Shown here piece after piece: positions 37,363 through 45,956 of a DNA stretch of 64,000 nucleotides. Position numbers and translations under genes: made by a program. Within the stretch, counting starts at the first letter, position 1. Each line of letters starts with the position of its first letter. The DNA is from Kiritimatiellia bacterium. GTDB lineage: Bacteria > Verrucomicrobiota > Kiritimatiellia > CAIQIC01 > Lenti-01. The notes under the pieces were generated by a model. The model saw only the letters and a list, made by a program, of their open reading frames with translations. It was not told the origin of the DNA and made no database searches. The stretch spans positions 5,053-69,052 of the forward strand of contig JAXGNL010000008.1 in the NCBI GenBank assembly GCA_040768005.1, written 5' to 3'.

Positions 37363-37408
37363 CCCCTTTGCTGGACATTGGGCCCATGATGGCGGACAGT
37401 ATTCTTCG

Positions 37409-38308
37409 ATGAACCTGACGGAAGAAATCCTAAAGTGGAAGACGGAACGAAAGGCCGTCATCCTGGCCCACAACTACCAGCGGCCCGATGTGCAGGACAT
37501 CGCGGACTTCACCGGTGACTCCTTGGAACTGGCCCGCAAAGCCACCGAAATCGACGCGGACACCATCGTGTTCTGCGGCGTGCATTTCATGGCCGAGACC
37601 GCCGCCATTCTCAATCCGGGCAAGACGGTGCTGATTCCCGACGCGCGCTCCGGCTGCCCCATGGCCGACATGATCACCGCCGACCGGCTGCGGGAGTTCA
37701 AAACCCGGCATCCCGGCGCCAAGGTGGTCTGCTATGTCAACTCCCCCGCCGAGGTCAAAGCCGAGAGCGATTGCTGCTGCACCTCCGGCAATGCCGTGAA
37801 AATCGTCCGGCACTATGAAAAGGAAGACGTGATCTTTGTGCCCGACCAGCACCTGGGCAGCGTCGTGGCGGAAACCCTCGGCCGCGACCTGATCCTCTGG
37901 CCCGGCTACTGCCCCACCCATGCGCGCATCAGCCCGCGCGACATCGCCCGCCTCCGGGACGAACATCCCGGCGCCTTGGTACTGGCCCATCCCGAATGCC
38001 CCCGGCCGGTGCGAGACGTGGCCGACCACATCCTCTCCACCGGCCAGATGTGTTCCTTTGTCCGGACCAGCCCCGCCGCGGACTTCATTATCGCCACCGA
38101 AGAAGGGCTCCTGCACCGCCTGCGGAAGGAAAATCCGGACAAGCGGTTCCACCGCGTCTCGCCGTTCGCCGTCTGCCCCAACATGAAGCTCAACACCCTC
38201 GAAAAGGTGCTGTTCTGCCTCCGCGACAGGGCCCCCGTCGTCACCGTCGATTCCGCCATCGCCGACCGCGCCCGCCGCGCCATCGAGCAGATGCTCGCCT
38301 GGTCCTGA
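37409..38308 (+). CDS. nadA: Quinolinate synthase
   Basis: ILAHNYQ, GDSLELA, FCGVHFMAETA, GCPMAD, YVNS, CTSGNA, AHPEC and CPNMK. Confidence 0.96.
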   Translation: MNLTEEILKWKTERKAVILAHNYQRPDVQDIADFTGDSLELARKATEIDADTIVFCGVHFMAETAAILNPGKTVLIPDARSGCPMADMITADRLREFKTRHPGAKVVCYVNSPAEVKAESDCCCTSGNAVKIVRHYEKEDVIFVPDQHLGSVVAETLGRDLILWPGYCPTHARISPRDIARLRDEHPGALVLAHPECPRPVRDVADHILSTGQMCSFVRTSPAADFIIATEEGLLHRLRKENPDKRFHRVSPFAVCPNMKLNTLEKVLFCLRDRAPVVTVDSAIADRARRAIEQMLAWS

Positions 38309-38327
38309 CCGGTCCCCGCCCCGGCCG

Positions 38328-38732
38328 TCAGTTCAGCAGGCCGTCCAGGGGATCGGGCTTGCCGCCGTCGTCCTCTTTGGGCCGGAAATGCGAACACGTA
38401 TCCGTGGCCTGTACTTCGCACTGATGCAGCCCGCAGCGCTGAATGAACGGATTCACCACATACTCCGCGCAGTAGCGGCACATGCGCCCTTTTTCGTCCT
38501 CGGAAAAAACCTGGACCGGGCGCGGACGATCCGCCTCGGTGAAAACCTTGGGACGGGAGCCCTCCCGGAAGGGAATCTCCGCTTCGTCGGCGAACTCATG
38601 GCGGCACAGGGCGCAGTGCAGGGTTTCGCCGATCTTGGCAAACCCGTCGTAGTTCGGCTGGCGCAGCAGCCAGGACTCGCGGCCGCAGGCCGGGCAGCGG
38701 AATTCCAACCGGTCTGGCGCCTTGCCTTTCAT
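38328..38732 (-). CDS. Cys-rich putative zinc-binding hypothetical protein
   Basis: CPAC, CALC, CRYC and C-x2-H...C motifs; lies 2 nt downstream of the epimerase gene. Confidence 0.7.
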   Translation of the reverse strand: MKGKAPDRLEFRCPACGRESWLLRQPNYDGFAKIGETLHCALCRHEFADEAEIPFREGSRPKVFTEADRPRPVQVFSEDEKGRMCRYCAEYVVNPFIQRCGLHQCEVQATDTCSHFRPKEDDGGKPDPLDGLLN

Positions 38733-38734
38733 GC

Positions 38735-39790
38735 TCAGAAGAGATGTTTGGCCAGCGAGAGAATCCCCTGCTTCCAGGGCACGCGGTGCGACACGCCGCT
38801 GGCGTTCCGGAACTGGTCCAGATGCTCCACATACCAGCGGTAGTTGCGCACCAGGGCGTCCTTGTTGGAAAACCGCGGCGTGAAGCCCAGAACGCGTTCG
38901 GCTTTGTCAATCGAGACAAACGAATCCTTGCTGGCGGTTTCATAGACCCACTTGTACAGCGGCGAAAGCTTGAGCATCTCCAGAAAGCGAAGCGTCCAGA
39001 TCATCGGGGCGGCGGGAAACCCCCGGATCTTCTTCCCGTGCCCGGCGTCGTCCAGCACCGCCTGGTAGTCTTCCCCCATGGTCGTGAATTCCTTGGCCCC
39101 GATGTTGAAGATGTCGTTCACCGTGGCGGCGTCCAGCGTCATGGTCCGCCAGATGGCCTCGCACAGATCTTCCACGTCCAGCAGCTGATAGCGGTTTTTG
39201 CCGTTGCCGATCATCGGGAATCCGTGGCCGGTATGCGCCCAGTCATAGAGCATGGCAAACACGCCCAGGCGTTCCGGACCGATAAACGATTTCGGGCGGA
39301 TGATCGGCACGCACAGGCCCTGCCCGCGGGCCTTCAAACATTCGGCCTCCGCCTCGATCTTGGCGCGTCCGTAAGGCCCCACGCCGATCATCTCGTCGTC
39401 CTCCATCAGCGGATGGTGATCGGGAATGCCGTACACCGCGGTGCTCGAGATCATGACAAAGCGCTCCACGCCGGCCTTGCGGGCCGCCTCCAGCAGAATC
39501 CGCGTGCCGACCACATCGGTGGTATGGATGTCCTCCGGCGAATACAGCGGAAGCGCCGCCGCTGTATGCACCACCTGCTGCACGCCTTCCATGCACCGGG
39601 CTACCGTCGCCGCGTCGCGGATATCGCCGACCACCGCCTCCACGCGGTCTTTTTCGGGATAATCAAATTCCACCAGATCCAGCGAGCGCACCTGCGGCAC
39701 CCCTTTGGCGAACAGATGCCGGACCAGGTTGATTCCCAGAAATCCGCTGCCGCCCGTCACCAATACCTTCTGTGGAATCTGCTCGCTCAT
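38735..39790 (-). CDS. NAD-dependent epimerase/3-beta-HSD-like extended SDR
   Basis: VLVTGGSGFLG, ISSTAVYG, YGRAK and IRPKSFIGP. Start trimmed to MSEQIPQ. Confidence 0.9.
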   Translation of the reverse strand: MSEQIPQKVLVTGGSGFLGINLVRHLFAKGVPQVRSLDLVEFDYPEKDRVEAVVGDIRDAATVARCMEGVQQVVHTAAALPLYSPEDIHTTDVVGTRILLEAARKAGVERFVMISSTAVYGIPDHHPLMEDDEMIGVGPYGRAKIEAEAECLKARGQGLCVPIIRPKSFIGPERLGVFAMLYDWAHTGHGFPMIGNGKNRYQLLDVEDLCEAIWRTMTLDAATVNDIFNIGAKEFTTMGEDYQAVLDDAGHGKKIRGFPAAPMIWTLRFLEMLKLSPLYKWVYETASKDSFVSIDKAERVLGFTPRFSNKDALVRNYRWYVEHLDQFRNASGVSHRVPWKQGILSLAKHLF

Positions 39791-40031
39791 GAATGGCTTC
39801 CTTCGGTTGAAACTCCCGTCTCTTCTACCCGTCGCCCCCGCTAAAGTCAATTCAGGAGCCCATAAGAGCCGAAGACGGGCGCATCTGCAATAAGGTGAAT
39901 CCCCTGCGCAATGAACCAGGGAATCTTGTTCTGGTCCCGCAGCCTCGGGCTTGCTTGCCCGACGAAGCCTTGGCGAAGTCTGGCTCCGTGGGTGAATCAG
40001 GTCCGTCAAATCCCCTTTCGGACTATGGATG

Positions 40032-40060
40032 TTATAACAACCATACTATGGTTGTTATAA
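40032..40060. repeat. Perfect AT-rich palindrome (14-bp arms)
   Basis: TTATAACAACCATA-C-TATGGTTGTTATAA in an otherwise GC-rich intergenic region. Confidence 0.85.
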
Positions 40061-40116
40061 TAACCATAATCCCTTGGCGCAGGGAGAGGACCGGTCCCCA
40101 GCCAGTTAAAGGAAGA

Positions 40117-41097
40117 CTACAGGCGTTCCAGTGCGGCCTGCAGCACCGTCTCGACGTCCAGCGTCTGCAGGCAGGCCAGGTCGCCGCGGGCGCAGGTGCG
40201 TGAATGGCAGGGCCGGCAGGACAGCCCCTCCCGAACTACCACATGCTCCCGCTGGCGGAACGGTCCGGTGCGGTCGGGATCGGTGGCGCCGAACACCGCC
40301 ACCAGCGGCACGCCCATCGCATCCGCCCAGTGCATGGGGCCCGAGTCGACCGTGACCAGCAGATCCAGGCTCTTCAGCCGTGAACACAAGCCCGGCAGAT
40401 CGGTTTGTCCGCACAGGTTGCGCGCCGCGTCGCCGATCTCCGCGGCCAGCCGGGCGCCCGCCGCCTCGTCCCCGGCCCCTCCCAAAATAAGAATCCGGCA
40501 TCCCATTTCCGCCACCAGCCGCCGGCCCAGCCCGGCAAAATGCTCCAGGGGCCAGTCTTTTGTTCGCCAGCGGGAAAAGGGAGCCAACCCCACCTGCGGG
40601 CCGGGACGACCGTCCGGCGGGGATTCCGGCACGTTCAGGCGGGGGGCCGGCGGTTTGGAATCCCCGCCCGGGGCCACCAACTCCACGATCTCCATCAGTT
40701 CTTCGACGGCGTGTCGCCGCGGACCGGGCTTCCGCGCGGGACGGACATCATATACCCACGGGGCGCCTTCGCGGGCCCAGGCCGGCCCCGCGCGCCGCGT
40801 GCCGCGCGCCAGACGCGCCGCCAGGGCGCTTTTGAACAGTCCCTGCAAATCCACCACCCAGTCATAGCGTTCGCGGCGAAGCTCCCGCCAGAACGTCCCC
40901 CACCCCCGCCGCCAGTTCCGGCGCGGAAACTCGATGAGGCGGTCCACGTCGGGGCAGAGTTTCAGCAGCGGGCCGTATTCCGGCTGGACCACCCAGTCCT
41001 GGGCGGCCCCGGTGCGCTCCTTCAGCGCGCGCACCGCCGGCAGGGCGTGGGCGATATCGCCCAGCGAACTCAGCTTGATGACCAGAATCCGCTTCAC
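40117..41097 (-). CDS. Glycosyltransferase family 9 (LPS heptosyltransferase WaaC/WaaF-like)
   Basis: IKLSSLGDIAH, DLQGLFKS, TKDWP, VDSGPMH and FGATDP. Confidence 0.9.
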   Translation of the reverse strand: MKRILVIKLSSLGDIAHALPAVRALKERTGAAQDWVVQPEYGPLLKLCPDVDRLIEFPRRNWRRGWGTFWRELRRERYDWVVDLQGLFKSALAARLARGTRRAGPAWAREGAPWVYDVRPARKPGPRRHAVEELMEIVELVAPGGDSKPPAPRLNVPESPPDGRPGPQVGLAPFSRWRTKDWPLEHFAGLGRRLVAEMGCRILILGGAGDEAAGARLAAEIGDAARNLCGQTDLPGLCSRLKSLDLLVTVDSGPMHWADAMGVPLVAVFGATDPDRTGPFRQREHVVVREGLSCRPCHSRTCARGDLACLQTLDVETVLQAALERL

Positions 41098-41101
41098 CGC
41101 G

Positions 41102-41887
41102 TCACTTCGACAGAATTTCCTCGATCCGCTTGATCTTGAGGGCCTTTCCGGTGGCCGGATCCACCGTCAGCAGCGCGCCGTGCAGCCGCACATCGCCGCT
41201 GGCGATTTCAAACTTCGTGGGCATTCCGGTCAGGAACCGCCCGAGAATGGCATCGGTGGTGCGGCCGATGACCGAATCGCACGGCCCGGTCATGCCGGCA
41301 TCGGTCATATAGGCCGTCCCCTTGGCCGTCACGGCCTCGTCGGCGGTCTGGATGTGGGTGTGCGTGCCGATGACGGCGGTCACCCGTCCATCGAGAAACT
41401 TGCCCATGGCGACTTTTTCGCTGGTGGCCTCCGCGTGCATGTCCACCAGGATCATCCGGTAGCGGGAGGCGTTTTTCTTCAGCCAGGCCTCGATGGTCCG
41501 GAACGGGCAGTCCGCCAGGCTGTTCATGAACGTGCGCCCCATCAACTGCACGACGGCCAGGGGACCGGCCGCGGTCTCCAGCACCGCCTCGCCTTTTCCG
41601 GGGCAGCCCGGCGGGAGATTCAGCGCGCGCACGATGCGCGGTTCCTGGTCGAAATAGCCCACGGCCTGCTTCTGGTCCCAGACGTGGTCGCCCATGGTCA
41701 GGAGATCGGCGCCGCCGGCAAACAGCTCTTCGGCCAGGGCGGCGGTAATCCCCCGCCCCGCCGCGCTGTTCTCGGCATTGGCCACCACCACGTCCGCGCG
41801 CTTCTCCGCCTTGTAGCGGGTCGCCACGCGCGCCATCGCCATCCGCCCGGGACCGCCTACAATGTCGCCGACAAACAGAATCTTCAT
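41102..41887 (-). CDS. ymdB: YmdB-family metallophosphoesterase (TIGR00282-type)
   Basis: ILFVGDIVG, NAEN, TMGDHVWD, DMHAEATSEK, GTHTHIQTAD and TDAGMTG; lies downstream of rny. Confidence 0.92.
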   Translation of the reverse strand: MKILFVGDIVGGPGRMAMARVATRYKAEKRADVVVANAENSAAGRGITAALAEELFAGGADLLTMGDHVWDQKQAVGYFDQEPRIVRALNLPPGCPGKGEAVLETAAGPLAVVQLMGRTFMNSLADCPFRTIEAWLKKNASRYRMILVDMHAEATSEKVAMGKFLDGRVTAVIGTHTHIQTADEAVTAKGTAYMTDAGMTGPCDSVIGRTTDAILGRFLTGMPTKFEIASGDVRLHGALLTVDPATGKALKIKRIEEILSK

Positions 41888-41908
41888 TCCCCTCGATCCC
41901 TTCTCCCC

Positions 41909-43468
41909 TTACCGGGCATATTCCACGCAACGGGTTTCGCGGATCACCGTCACCTTGATCTGCCCCGGATAGTCCAGGGCGTCTTCGATTTTCTTTGAAA
42001 TCCGCCGCGCCAGCTGGATGGCGGCGGCGTCGTCCACTTCCGTCGGCTCCACGAACACCCGCAGCTCCCGGCCGGCCTGCATGGCGAGACTGCGGACCAC
42101 GCCGGGTTCGCCCCTGGCGATCGCCTCCAGGTTCTCAAGCCGTTTCAGATACAGACCCGTGGTCTCCGCCCGCGCGCCCGGCCGGGCCGCGGTGACGGCG
42201 TCGGCCGCGGCCACCAGCGCCGCGTAGGCGCTGCCCGGCTCCGGACCGTCATGGTGGCCGCGGACGGCCTCCACGATCGTCTCGCTTTCGCCGGCCTTGC
42301 GCAGCAGATCCGCACCGATCTCCGCATGGCGTCCTTCGACCTCGTGATCCACCGCCTTGCCCAGATCATGAAACAGCGCCGCCCGCCGCGCGGTTTCCGG
42401 GTCCAGGCCGATCTCCGGCGCCATCAGGCCCGCCAGCCGCGCGGCCTCCATCGAGTGCCGCAGGACATTCTGCGAAAAACTTGTGCGGAATTTCAGCCGT
42501 CCCAGCAGACGCAGGATATCCAGCGGCACCGGCGCCAGCCGCAGGGCCTCCGCCGCCTCTTCTCCCGCCTTCAGAATCAGCGCATCCAGGTCCGAGGCCA
42601 CCTTGTCGGTCGTTTCCTCGATCAGGGCCGGATTGATCCGGCCGTCCGCCATCAGCCGTTCCAGCACGACCCGGGCGATTTCACGCCGGATCGGATCGAA
42701 CGAGGACAGCACCACCAGTTCCGGCGAATCGTCAATGATGACCGTGACGCCGGTCGCCATTTCCAGCGCCCGGATGTTGCGGCCTTCGCGGCCGATGATC
42801 CGCCCCTTCATGCTTTCATCGGGCAGAGGAACCGGCGTCGTGGTCACATCCGACACCTGGTCGGCGGCATGCCGCTGAATCGCAGCCGTCAGAATTTCAC
42901 GGGCCTGGCTCTCGGCCGTGGCGCGGGCGTCTTCCTGGGCCTTGCGCAGACGGACGGCGGTTTCCGTCTCCAGTTCCGCCTCCAGCCTCGCCAGCAGTTC
43001 GCTCCGCGCCTGTTCCGCGGTCAGGCCGGCCAGCGATTCCAGATGGTGCTGTTCCTCGGCCCGCATCCGGTCCAGTTTTTCCCGTTCGACCTGCAGCACC
43101 GCGCCATCCTGTTCGAGTTGCGCGGCGCGGGCATCCAGCGCCTGCGCCCGCTGCTCGGCGCGCTTTTCCTCGCGCTCCAGGCGCTCGTCCTGCCTCGACA
43201 GCCGGTCGGCGGCGGCCGACAGCACCTGCTGGCGCGCCTGCATCTCCTGTTCCATCTGCTCCCGGCCGCGGATCCATTCGTCGCGGGCCGACAGCTCGGC
43301 CTCCTTGCGCAGCATGTCCGCGTCGCGCCGGGCCTCCCGCAGGAGGTCCCCCGCGGCCCGGTTGGCGGCCGCATCGCGCATGCGCACGACCAGCGCATGC
43401 GCGAAAAAGCCGATCAGTGCAAAGCCCGCCGCGGTCAGCGCGGGCCATAGCCATTCCCAAAACATCAT
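41909..43468 (-). CDS. rny: Ribonuclease Y
   Basis: N-terminal TM helix, coiled coil, MKGRIIGREGRNIR KH domain, HD domain (FHDLGKA, AADAVTAARPGAR) and VIRETRCVEYAR. Confidence 0.96.
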   Translation of the reverse strand: MMFWEWLWPALTAAGFALIGFFAHALVVRMRDAAANRAAGDLLREARRDADMLRKEAELSARDEWIRGREQMEQEMQARQQVLSAAADRLSRQDERLEREEKRAEQRAQALDARAAQLEQDGAVLQVEREKLDRMRAEEQHHLESLAGLTAEQARSELLARLEAELETETAVRLRKAQEDARATAESQAREILTAAIQRHAADQVSDVTTTPVPLPDESMKGRIIGREGRNIRALEMATGVTVIIDDSPELVVLSSFDPIRREIARVVLERLMADGRINPALIEETTDKVASDLDALILKAGEEAAEALRLAPVPLDILRLLGRLKFRTSFSQNVLRHSMEAARLAGLMAPEIGLDPETARRAALFHDLGKAVDHEVEGRHAEIGADLLRKAGESETIVEAVRGHHDGPEPGSAYAALVAAADAVTAARPGARAETTGLYLKRLENLEAIARGEPGVVRSLAMQAGRELRVFVEPTEVDDAAAIQLARRISKKIEDALDYPGQIKVTVIRETRCVEYAR

Positions 43469-43469
43469 C

Positions 43470-44033
43470 CTAGCCTGTCAATCGTTCCAGTTTCGCCTCC
43501 GCGGACGGGGCGAAGCGTATTCGTTTTTCCGTCACCACGACATCCACCGGGACATCGTGGGGTTCCAGGGGGACCGTTTTCAGCAGACGGGCCTCCGCGC
43601 ATAATCCTACCAGCAATCCGCCGGTTTGCGACAGCAAACGATCCAAATGCCCGCCGCCGTGCCCCAGGCGCCCTCCTTGCAGGTCGAAGGCCACGCCTGG
43701 AATCACAGCGATCTGCAGGCGTCCGGCGGGAACCGGACGGACGGGTTCCGGTTCAAGAATGCCGTAATGGCCCTGTCGCCAGCGGGTATCGGCCTCGACC
43801 AGCCCCCAGCGGTAGCCACGGCCCGCGGAAACCGGCACCGCCACCAGCGCGCCGGCTTCCAGCCGGTCGGCCAACAGAAGGTCCGTCGCCGGCTCGAACG
43901 GCGTGGCGCGATACAGCCCCACCGCAAACGCCGCGGCCCACCAATCCTCCGCCATCAGGCGGCGCTGAATCGCCGACGACACCGCCGCGGGCACCCGCGG
44001 CGTCCCGATCCGCCTGCGCAGCGCCGCCTTCAC
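43470..44033 (-). CDS. ygfA: 5-formyltetrahydrofolate cyclo-ligase
   Basis: IPGVAFDLQGGRLGHGGGHLDR and PHDVPVDVVVTE. Confidence 0.88.
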   Translation of the reverse strand: MKAALRRRIGTPRVPAAVSSAIQRRLMAEDWWAAAFAVGLYRATPFEPATDLLLADRLEAGALVAVPVSAGRGYRWGLVEADTRWRQGHYGILEPEPVRPVPAGRLQIAVIPGVAFDLQGGRLGHGGGHLDRLLSQTGGLLVGLCAEARLLKTVPLEPHDVPVDVVVTEKRIRFAPSAEAKLERLTG

Positions 44034-44422
44034 GGCACCAGCTTCCGCAGATCATACGTTTCCGGCGGACGCGCCGGACGCCCCCGGCCATCCACGACGC
44101 ACCAGTACACATCCGCCTCGGCGATCCCATCCGTTCCCCGTCGGATCACCTGATGAAACACCCCGCTGACGCGGCGCGCCTCCCGCGGCTCCGTTTCGAT
44201 CTCCAGGTCATCGTCCGCATAAGCCGGCGATCGGTACGAGATATCCAGCCGCGAGATGACGGTGAAAAATCCCGCGGCGATCAGCCCTTTGTAATCAAAC
44301 CCCACGGCATGCAGGAACTGCATCCGGGCATGCTCGAGATAATGGACATACACCGCGTGATTCACATGCCCGTACGAATCGCATTCATAGGGTCTGACGG
44401 TCAACGATGTCACGTGTTTCAT
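44030..44422 (-). CDS. Acyl-CoA thioesterase (YbgC/4HBT family)
   Basis: VRPYECDSYGHVNHAVYVHYLEHAR hot-dog signature. Confidence 0.9.
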   Translation of the reverse strand: MKHVTSLTVRPYECDSYGHVNHAVYVHYLEHARMQFLHAVGFDYKGLIAAGFFTVISRLDISYRSPAYADDDLEIETEPREARRVSGVFHQVIRRGTDGIAEADVYWCVVDGRGRPARPPETYDLRKLVP

Positions 44423-44563
44423 AGGCCGTTCATCCTACACCCCCTTCCGCACCCGCCCGCAACCCAAAACGCGCGGAGACAAGCCGCCGAACCGTGGAAA
44501 TCCGCAGCGGAAAGCAACAAGCGGCTTGCCACCCGCAGCTCAAGCGAAGCGCAGAGCGAAGAG

Positions 44564-44637
44564 TGGAGCGGGCAACGGGAATCGAACCCGTATAGCCAGC
44601 TTGGAAGGCTGGAGCTTTACCATTAAGCTATGCCCGC
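44564..44637 (-). tRNA. tRNA-Gly (anticodon TCC)
   Basis: Minus strand GCGGGCATAGCTTAATGGTAAAGC...CCAGC-CTTCCAA-GCTGG...GGTTCGATTCCC...CCCGCTCCA, 74 nt with encoded CCA. Confidence 0.97.
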
Positions 44638-44726
44638 AGGGGAAGCGATTCGGGCGGCATTCTGAAGGGTCATGGCGAACGGGTCAAGTCCGACTTGGCC
44701 GCCCCCGGGCGGCGGCGGCGAGCACC

Positions 44727-45956
44727 TCAGCCCCGCAGGGCCTCGGCGGCGTCGGAAAAGGGCTCGAGGACGCGCGGCAGAACGCCTTTGAGGAAAGAGA
44801 TCACGACACCGTAATTGCTGACGGGCACGGCGCGCGCGCCGGCGGACTGCAGGCGATGGAGCATTTCGCGGCGGTTGATCATGCAGGCCCCGCAGTGAAT
44901 CACCAGGCGGTAGCGGCCAAGATCCTCCGGCCAGTCGCGCCCGGATGTCACGTCAATGTGCAGGTCCTTCCCGGTTTTTTCGCGAAGCCATCGGGGAATC
45001 TTGCGCCGGCCGATGTCGTCTTCCAAGGCGTGGTGGGAGCAGGCTTCGCCGATCAGGATCCGGTCGCCGTCGCGCAGATCGTCAATGACACGCGCCGCCC
45101 GGACCATGGCCGGCAGATCCCCCTTGAGGCGCGCCAGCAGGATGGAAAAGGTGGTGCAGAGGACTTCAGACGGAGTCTCGGCCACCATCCGGTCCACCAC
45201 CTGCGAATCACAGACCACCAGATCCGGCGGAGCCGCCAGTTTTCCCAGCGCGGCGGCATACTCGGTTTCACGGACGGCGATGGCCATGGCCCCTTCGTCG
45301 AGGGCGGCCCGGATGGCCTGGACCTGCGGCAGGATCAGGCGTCCCTTCGGCGCCTCCATGTCCACCGGGACGATCAGCACCGCGAGTCCGCCGGCCGGCA
45401 GGGCGCCGCCGTAGAAGTCCAGAACCTGCAGGGCGCCTTCCGGCGCCAGCCGGCCCAGGGCCTCCTTCAGGGCATTTACCACGGCATCGCGGCGCACGGG
45501 GTCCGGCGAGGATTCCAGCACATGGGGAATGCGCGACCGCAGCTGTTCGAGAAAGGTTCCCGACGGCCGGCGCAGGTCGGTCTTGGCCACCACCGCCAGC
45601 ACAGGCACACCGGCGGCCTGGAGATCGCCGAGCAGGCGTTCTTCGTGATCCGTCCAAACGTCCGGCTCCGTCACCAGTACCGCGGCATCCATCCGGCGCA
45701 GCGCGGCGCGCATCCGCTGGCGACGCGATTCGCCCAGCTCGGTATCGTCGTCCACGCCGCCGGTATCGGTGAAGACCACCGGGCCGATCGGCAGCAGCTC
45801 CATGGTTTTTTCCACGGGATCGGTGGTGGTGCCGGGCCGGGGCGAGGTAATCGCCACGTCCTGCCCCGCCACCAGGTTCAGGAAGGTGGACTTGCCGACA
45901 TTGGTACGGCCGAACAGCCCGATATGCAGGCGCATGGATTTGGGGGTCTTGTCCAT
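44727..45956 (-). CDS. hydF: [FeFe]-hydrogenase H-cluster maturation GTPase HydF
   Basis: GRTNVGKS, PGTTTD, DTGG, ACSH...HCGAC Fe-S motif and VPVSNYG. Confidence 0.9.
   Translation of the reverse strand: MDKTPKSMRLHIGLFGRTNVGKSTFLNLVAGQDVAITSPRPGTTTDPVEKTMELLPIGPVVFTDTGGVDDDTELGESRRQRMRAALRRMDAAVLVTEPDVWTDHEERLLGDLQAAGVPVLAVVAKTDLRRPSGTFLEQLRSRIPHVLESSPDPVRRDAVVNALKEALGRLAPEGALQVLDFYGGALPAGGLAVLIVPVDMEAPKGRLILPQVQAIRAALDEGAMAIAVRETEYAAALGKLAAPPDLVVCDSQVVDRMVAETPSEVLCTTFSILLARLKGDLPAMVRAARVIDDLRDGDRILIGEACSHHALEDDIGRRKIPRWLREKTGKDLHIDVTSGRDWPEDLGRYRLVIHCGACMINRREMLHRLQSAGARAVPVSNYGVVISFLKGVLPRVLEPFSDAAEALRG

Noticed and set aside
44423-44563. 6S RNA, which often precedes ygfA
   Set aside because: ygfA is directly overlapped by the thioesterase gene, and this gap shows no long 6S-like hairpin that I can support.
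44564-44637. tRNA-Gly as the integration site of an island
   Set aside because: There is no integrase and no duplicated tRNA 3' end in the window, and the flanking genes are housekeeping.
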